64,000 bases of DNA from the human T2T-CHM13v2.0 reference genome, Homo sapiens: NCBI RefSeq assembly GCF_009914755.1, contig NC_060934.1; one strand, written 5' to 3'. The position numbers were made by a program, and so were the translations under genes. Shown here in pieces: positions 50,345 to 64,000 of this stretch (position 1 is its first letter; every line of letters begins with the position of its first letter). The notes beneath the pieces were generated by a model. That model made no database searches and was not told the origin of the DNA. It saw only the letters and a list, made by a program, of their open reading frames with translations.

Positions 50345-50929
50345 TCATAATAGAAAAGCACATTAGCCACCTAGAATTTTTAAGGAAGGTATTATCCATA
50401 GTACTCTTTACGATGCCTTTCAGCATTTTTTTTTTACTGCTCCTAGAAAGTTTAACGTATTTAGAAAATTTAATTTAAAAAAGGGAAGAGAACATAAACT
50501 GAATGAAGCATATTAAATGCTTATTATAGTTTATCTTTAAAAAAGGAGTTTATATAACATAATTTGCTGAAATTCTATTAATTTTGAATAAAAATATTTA
50601 GAGTTCCTTCATGAAATAACATACTGAACATAAGGTCTTTAAATTAATACTCATGGTTATCTTTATATTATGATGCAGTTATAATCGATGTAAACTGTAA
50701 CCTCTATAACAAATTGTTCCAGAAAGACAAAATTTTAGTTGTAACTGTTTTTTAGTTCTTCCATAACCTCATGCTGTCAAGCTGCCAATCTACCATCACC
50801 ACTTTTTAAAGTGTTGGCTTCTCATATGCTATGGTAAGGGAAACTAGATTTGACAGCTTGTTGGAATTATGTTTGAAATAGTCTAAGTGTGGGACTAGGA
50901 GGCTCTCATTACTAAAATTTATTAGGAAT

Positions 50930-54000
<3,071 letters not shown>

Positions 54001-54389
54001 AAACTGAAGTAGTAGAAGTTAAAACAGACACATCTCTAAGACAAGAGGAAAGCAGGTAAGGAGAGGTACAAAAATAGATATGAGAACAGGAAGCTAACGG
54101 GGTTCCTGCTTATAACCTCAATTTCCTTTGTGCAACAGGAGAAAGATCATCTATTAAGAGAAAAGGAGGAAGCTGAGTAAAGTAGTGATAATTTGGAATA
54201 ATTACTTTAGGAAACAGAAGTTCACAGGGGCATGCGAAAAGAATGCCAAATGATATACTAAGGGCTAGGGTGATACTGGAGACAATACAATGGTACCAAA
54301 ATACATGGATGTCATTTTCTGTGCAGTATTCAGCATTTAGAGGCTAAGTGGTTGAGAAGAATTTTCTACAGCATAAATGGTATATACAT

Positions 54390-55645
<1,256 letters not shown>

Positions 55646-56956
55646 TTTTTTTTCACTAATTTGTAAGCAACTTCTGATTTTAAATAATATTAGCAATAAA
55701 TCAGTTCTCGAAGTTCTTGGTACAAAGGCAGAAATACCCACCTTGTACCACCAGCCAAATTAAATTGATTAAAAAATACAAGTACAGACTTCCAGTTCCA
55801 AAATGACAATGTTTGGGTTCACTCCCCTCAGTAGAAAACAAAAAAGAAATACACAATGCTGAGATTATCACCAATAACATCCCAGACCTCAAATATGAGA
55901 GGGAGACAGTCCTGGGGCCACAGAGAAGTGAAAAAACCAGAAGCAGATAATAAGAGAATTGGACTTTCTATTTATTTATTTTGAGAGAGAATCTCACTTT
56001 CTATCTGCAGTGCCCCTCCCAGCAATCTGCCCAGGACCACACTTTCCCACCAACTTATGGTTTCTACAACACTGGAAAAAGTAAGATCAAGGTGGACAAC
56101 CAGCTTCCCTACCACCTGGGGTTTTCTGGCAGGAGATCTATCCCTGCCTCAACTGACAGGAAGCATCAGGAACACCCAAAGGGAGAAATATCCCTGAGGA
56201 CAGCCAGAAACAAAGGAAGCAGAGAAGGACTACCATCCCCAGTCCTGGAAACTCTGCTCCATAAATTAGACAAAGGAGATGCCATATCAGAGTGGCAGTT
56301 CAGCAGCACCATGCTGTGGAGATTAGTTCCACAGGTACCCGAGGCACAAACCCCTAGCTAGTCTTCGCACTACCAGGATATTCTCCACTTTGGGACCACT
56401 GCAATTTGGGACTCCTGGCACTCCTGACTGTTTACTAGAACCAAGGCAAATCTGGGCTTAAGATGTCATTTAGTGCCGAAAAGGAGGCAGCAAACTACTG
56501 GGGAAAACAAGAAAGGTAAATTATTTAAAAAGTCTAAGCAAAAATATCTAATTAAAGCCAAAACACGCCAGTCAGAGAAGTCTAGAATAACCAATCCTTC
56601 AATGCAAAGACATAGACATACATCCAAAAGAAACAACAGCAAACAGGGAATCATGACATACCCAAATAAAGCAAGAAAACAGTGATTGACCCTAACAAGG
56701 TGGCACTGTGTGAACTCTTAAATGAAAAATTCAAAACAGCTGTTTTAAGAAAACAGAGTGATCTCCAAGATAACACAGAAAAGCAATTCATAAATTTATC
56801 AAAATCAGCCGGGGTGGTGGTGCGCACCTATCGTCCTCAAGAGACTGAGGCTGCAGTGAGCTACAATCACGCCACTGCATTCCACATCACCCTGGGTGAC
56901 AGAGCAACACTCCTTCTCTTAAAAAAAAAGGGGGGGGGAGGGGGGAGAACAATTAA

Positions 56957-57085
<129 letters not shown>

Positions 57086-57391
57086 TAAAAATACAAAAAG
57101 TAGCTGGGCATGGTGGCAGGTGCCTGTAATCCTAGCTATTCGGGAGGCTGAGGCATGAGAACCTGAACCCAAGAGGTGGAGCTTGCAGTGAGCAGAGATC
57201 GTGCCACTGCACTCCAGCCTGGGCAACAGAGTGAGACTCTGTCTCAAAAAAAAAAAAAAAAAAAAAAAGAGAGATTAAAAAAAATTATGAGAGAAATTTA
57301 ACAAAGAGATTGAAATAACAATTTTTTAAAACCAAATAAAAACCTTAGAATTGAGAAACATATTTTCTGAGCCAAATATTTCATTAGAGGC

Positions 57392-58100
<709 letters not shown>

Positions 58101-59555
58101 TGAGCTCAAAGATAGGCTATTTAAGAATCCTGTCAGAGAAGAAAAAAACAACAATGAAAAGAAATGAAGATAACCTAAAAGACATATACAAAATTACCTA
58201 AAAAGACCAAATCTAAGAATTATTGGTATTTAAGAGGAAGTGGAGAAACAGCAGAAAGTGGAAAGCAATAATAACAGAAAACTTTTCAAAACTTGAGAAG
58301 GAGATAAAATCCAGGTAAAGGAAGGTCAGACATACCAAACAGATGTGACCCAAATAAGACTACCCCAAGGCATATATAATAATCAGACTCTCAAAAGGTC
58401 AAAAACGAAGAGAGGATCCTAAAAGAAGCATGAGAAAAGTAAAAACATAGAGATTCAATTTGGCTCCCAACAGACTTCTCAATGGAAATCATACAGGTAA
58501 GAAGGGAGGGCGACAACATTTTCAAAGTGATGAAAATAAAAATAAAAAACAAAACAAAACAAAAACACTGACATGCAAGAATACTGTCTCTAGCAAAGCT
58601 ATACTTCAAATAAAATGGAGAGAGAATTTTTTTTTCCTAAGAAACAAAACCTGAGAGAATTTATCACCACCAGACTCATCTTACAGGAATGTAAGATATA
58701 AGTTCTTCAATCAGAAAGAAAAACAAATAATGTACAAAAAAGAAAATATTTAAAAATATAAAAGCTACTGGTAAAATCAAATACACAGACAATACAATGC
58801 CACGAAACAAGCCTCAACAAATTCAAAAAAGCGAAAATCATACGGCAAACTGTCTTTTCTGACCACAACAGAATAAACCTAGAAATCAGTAGCAAGGGAA
58901 ACCTCTGAAAACACACAAATACATGGAAATTAAACAACATGCTCCTGAACAACGAATAGGTCAATAAAGAAACTTAATTAAATTTTTTTTAATTTCTTGA
59001 AAAAAATGAAAACCAAACACAAAATCTACGGGATTTGGCAAAAGCGATACTAAGAGGAAAGTTTACAGCAATAAACATCTATATTTAAAAAGTAGACTTC
59101 AAATATACAACGCAACAATGCACTCCAAGGAACTACAAAAGAACAAACTAAATCCAAAATTAGTAGTAAGAGGGACATAATAAAAGTGAGAACGGAAATA
59201 AACTGAGACAAAAAAAACAAAAACAAAAACAAAAAAACAAAAAACAGAAGAAAATTTTAAAAAAATGAAAAGCTGGATTTTGAAAAGATAGATAAAATCA
59301 ATAAATATTTAGCTAGACTGAGGAAAAAAAGGAGAAGACCCAAATAAATTAGAAATGGAAAAAAAAGATATAGCTGAGACCTCAGAAATACAAAGACTCA
59401 TTAGAGACTACTATCAACAACTATACAAGCTAACAAATTGAAAAACCCAGAAAAATGGATAAATTCATGGACACACAACCTACCAAAATTGAACCAGGAA
59501 AGAAAAGAAAACCTCAACAAACCAGTAACAAATAATGGAATCAAAGCCTTAATTA

Positions 59556-59726
<171 letters not shown>

Positions 59727-60420
59727 CTACTTGGAGGTTGAGGCAGGAGAATTGCTTGGGCCAGAGAGGCGAAGACTGCAGTGAGCCAAGACTGAGCCAC
59801 CGCACACCAGCCTGGGTGACAGAGCCAAAAAAAAAAAAAAAAAAAAGAAACAAAAACCTTGCATCTTTTCCCATTTCTTTTCCAAAGAAAAGTCCAGGAT
59901 CTAATGACTTTACTACTGAATTCTATATGAATCATACTCAAATGCATAAAACAAAACAAAACAAAACAAAACAAACAAAGAAGAGGAGGGAATACTTCCA
60001 AACTCATTCCTTGAGGCCAGTATTACCCAGACACAACAAAAAAAGGAAACTATAGGCCTGGTACAGTGGCTCATGACTGTAATCCTAGCACTGTGGGAAG
60101 CCGAGGTAGTGGATCACTTAAGGTCAGGAGTCTGAGACCAGCCTGGCCAACATGGTGAAACCCTGTCTCTACTAAAAATACAGAAATTAGCTGGGTGTGG
60201 TGGCGGGCGCCTGTATCCCAGCCACTCAGGACGCTGAAGCAGTATATTTTACCACAATTAAACATTTTTATTAAAAAATTTAGCAGAAGGCCAGGCACGG
60301 TGTTTCACACCTGTAATCCCAGCACTTTGGGAGGCCGAGGCAGGTGGATCACAAGGTCAGGAGATCGAGACCAGCCTGACCAACATGGTGGTCAAGTTGC
60401 TAACACAGGGAAGTTTTTCA

Positions 60421-60626
<206 letters not shown>

Positions 60627-60628
60627 TC

Positions 60629-60642
60629 AATAGATAGATAGA

Positions 60643-60685
<43 letters not shown>

Positions 60686-60686
60686 A
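60629..60686 (+). repeat. (TAGA)n(TAAA)n microsatellite derived from an Alu tail
   Basis: Direct reading of the sequence. Confidence 0.9.
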
Positions 60687-62130
60687 TGACAGGGAATAAT
60701 GATGGACACTGTTGAATATGTGGGAAAAGGGGAACCTGTACGCTGTTGGTGGAAATGTAAATTAGTAGCGTTATTGTGAAAAACAACATGGAAACTTCTC
60801 AGAAAACTAAAAATATAACTATGATCCAGCAGTTCCACTACTGGATATACATCCAAAAGAAATAAAATCAATATATCAAAGAGATAGCTGCATTTCTATG
60901 TTTACTGCAGCACTATACACAATAGCCAAAATATGGACTCCACCTAAGTGCTCATCAATGGACGAATGATATAGGAAATGTGGTATACGTACATAATGAA
61001 TATTGTCCTGGCCATAAAAAGAATGAAAACTTGTTATGTGCCACAACATGGATGGAAGTGGAGGTTATTACGTTAAATGAAATAAGCGAAGGACAGGAAG
61101 ACAAATGATCACATGTTGTCACTGATATGTGGGAGGTTAACAAGTGGATGCTTGGCCAGGAGTGGTGGCTCACGCCTGTAATCCCAGCACTTTGGGAGGC
61201 CAAGGCGGGTGGATCACCTGAGGTCAGGAGTTCAAGACCAGACTGACCAGCATGATAAAACCCTGTCTCTACTAAAAATACAAAAATTAGCTGGACATGG
61301 TGGTAAGCGCCTGTAATCCCAGCTACTCAGAAGGCTGAGGCAGGAGAATCGTTTGAACCTGGGAGGCAGAGGTTGCAGTCAGGTGAGGTTGCACCATTGC
61401 ACTTCAGCCTGGGTGACACAGTGAGACTCCGTCTCAAGAAAAAACAAAACAACAACAACAAAAAGCAGATGCTTAAAGATAGACAGTAGATTGGTGGTTA
61501 CCAGAGACCTGTTAGGGTTGGGGGAGGGAGGATGAAAAGAGTTTGATTAATGGATATAAATATACAATTCAACAGAATAAATAAGACCTATGGTTTATAG
61601 ATCAGTAGGGTGACTATACAGCACAACAATCTATTGTGTATTTCCAAATAGGTGGAAGAGAATAATTTGTTTATGGCATAAAGAAAAGATAAATATTGGG
61701 CCGGGCACAGTGGATCATGCCTGTAATCCCAGCACTTTGGGAGGCCAAGGCAGGCAGATCACAAGGTCAGGAGTTCCAGACCAGCCTGTCCAATAAGGTG
61801 AAACCCCGTCTCTACTAAAAAATACAAAAATTAGCCAGGCGTGGTGGCGTGCGCCTGTAGTCCCAACTACTCGGGAGGCTGAGGCAGGAGAATCGCTTTA
61901 ATCCGGGAGGCAGAGTTCGCACTGGGCCAAGATTGCACCACTGCATTCTAGCCTGGGCTACAGAGTGAGACTCCATCTTAAAAAAAAAAAAAGAAAAAAG
62001 AAAAAGACAAGACAAATATTTAAGGTGTTGGACATCCCAATTACAATGATTTGATCTTTAGAAATTATATAAATGTATTAAATTATCACATGTACCCCCC
62101 AATACATGTACATCTATTATGTATTGATAA

Positions 62131-63190
<1,060 letters not shown>

Positions 63191-63892
63191 GTATTGCGTT
63201 TTTCAAGTCCACATACTGGATGTTTTGGGCCTTTTGGCTTGAAGACTTTACATATACAAAGAGATCTCATATATCGTGTTGTTGATTCATCCTTGTTATA
63301 CAGAATTCAACATTTACAAAAATGGCTATTCCATAAATGGCAAATGGGAAAAGGGCTGTCAATTGGGAATTAGTTCCATATATTGTACTGGACTCTCAGG
63401 CAAAGAACATCTGAAAAAGCACTGGGTATTTTTGTTGTTATTGTGATTTTTTACTAAAATAAATGCATTGCATTTATTTTAAAAATACCTTATTACTTTA
63501 CACAACTGACAGATACATTGGAATATATTAGTATTCCTATTTAAGTGCAAATGTGAAAGATTCCTCATTTATAATTAACAACTTTTATTAAGTAACTAGG
63601 TCTAGACAGCTAAGAATACTTGAGTGAAGCAATCTGAAGAAGATATTAGAAGAATTTGATCTGGAATTAGACTGGACTGAAAGGAGATTGTGGACAGCCA
63701 GGAGAAAACACCATAGTATCTAAAGACTCAGGAGGAAGCAGAACTATTATAACCATTCAGAAAGGAAAGACAGATACTATACTTTCTCATATTTAGGATG
63801 CTGAAAGCACCTGGTATGCCACATAAATACTTTGCTGTCTGTTGCCCACTTCTTCGTCAACTTGGCAAGATTATTTTAAAGGCTTCCACTTG

Positions 63893-64000
63893 GGTGGCTG
63901 AGGTGGGCGGATCACAAGGTCAGGAGTTCAAGACCAGCCTGGCCAACATGGTAAAACCCCGCCTCTACTAAAAATACAAAAATTAGCTGGGCATGGTGGA
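63893..64000 (+). mobile_element. Partial AluS running off the window edge
   Basis: GGCTGAGGTGGGCGGATCACAAGGTCAGGAGTTC. Confidence 0.85.

Noticed and set aside
56930-56947. G-run after an Alu monomer tail
   Set aside because: Probably a mutated Alu tail; G4 potential alone is not informative.

Overview
Human-type (primate) genomic DNA from inside JMJD1C (KDM3C/TRIP8, JmjC-family chromatin regulator; human chr10q21.3), transcribed on the minus strand. Fifteen consecutive coding exons (exons 4-18 in the usual numbering, about aa 150-2190) map to GT-AG boundaries and join in one frame. They include two very large low-complexity exons (1679 and 2207 nt), the Cys zinc-finger region and the LRDLL NR box. 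The JmjC exons lie left of the window, and 32.1-64 kb is all intron 3. The introns hold a near-intact processed TATDN1 pseudogene, an ancient near-full-length GAPDH retrocopy split by L1 and Alu insertions, about 54 Alus (about 70% antisense to the gene), a fragmented L1MA with a nested THE1 LTR, and MIR, L2 and DNA-transposon relics. Nearly all short ORFs in the track are Alu or AT-rich artefacts. I see no evidence of a new multi-gene system. The best leads are: a tandemly duplicated exon-13 splice acceptor, an AG|GTATGT site in intron 10, a candidate internal first exon above exon 4, the nested GAPDH fossil, a TATDN1 copy broken by one TGA, an apparent M591V allele, an orphan 48-bp insertion in an Alu and a nearly abutting inverted Alu pair. 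Exon and residue numbering and repeat subfamily names come from recall of the human gene and consensus sequences, not from a search.
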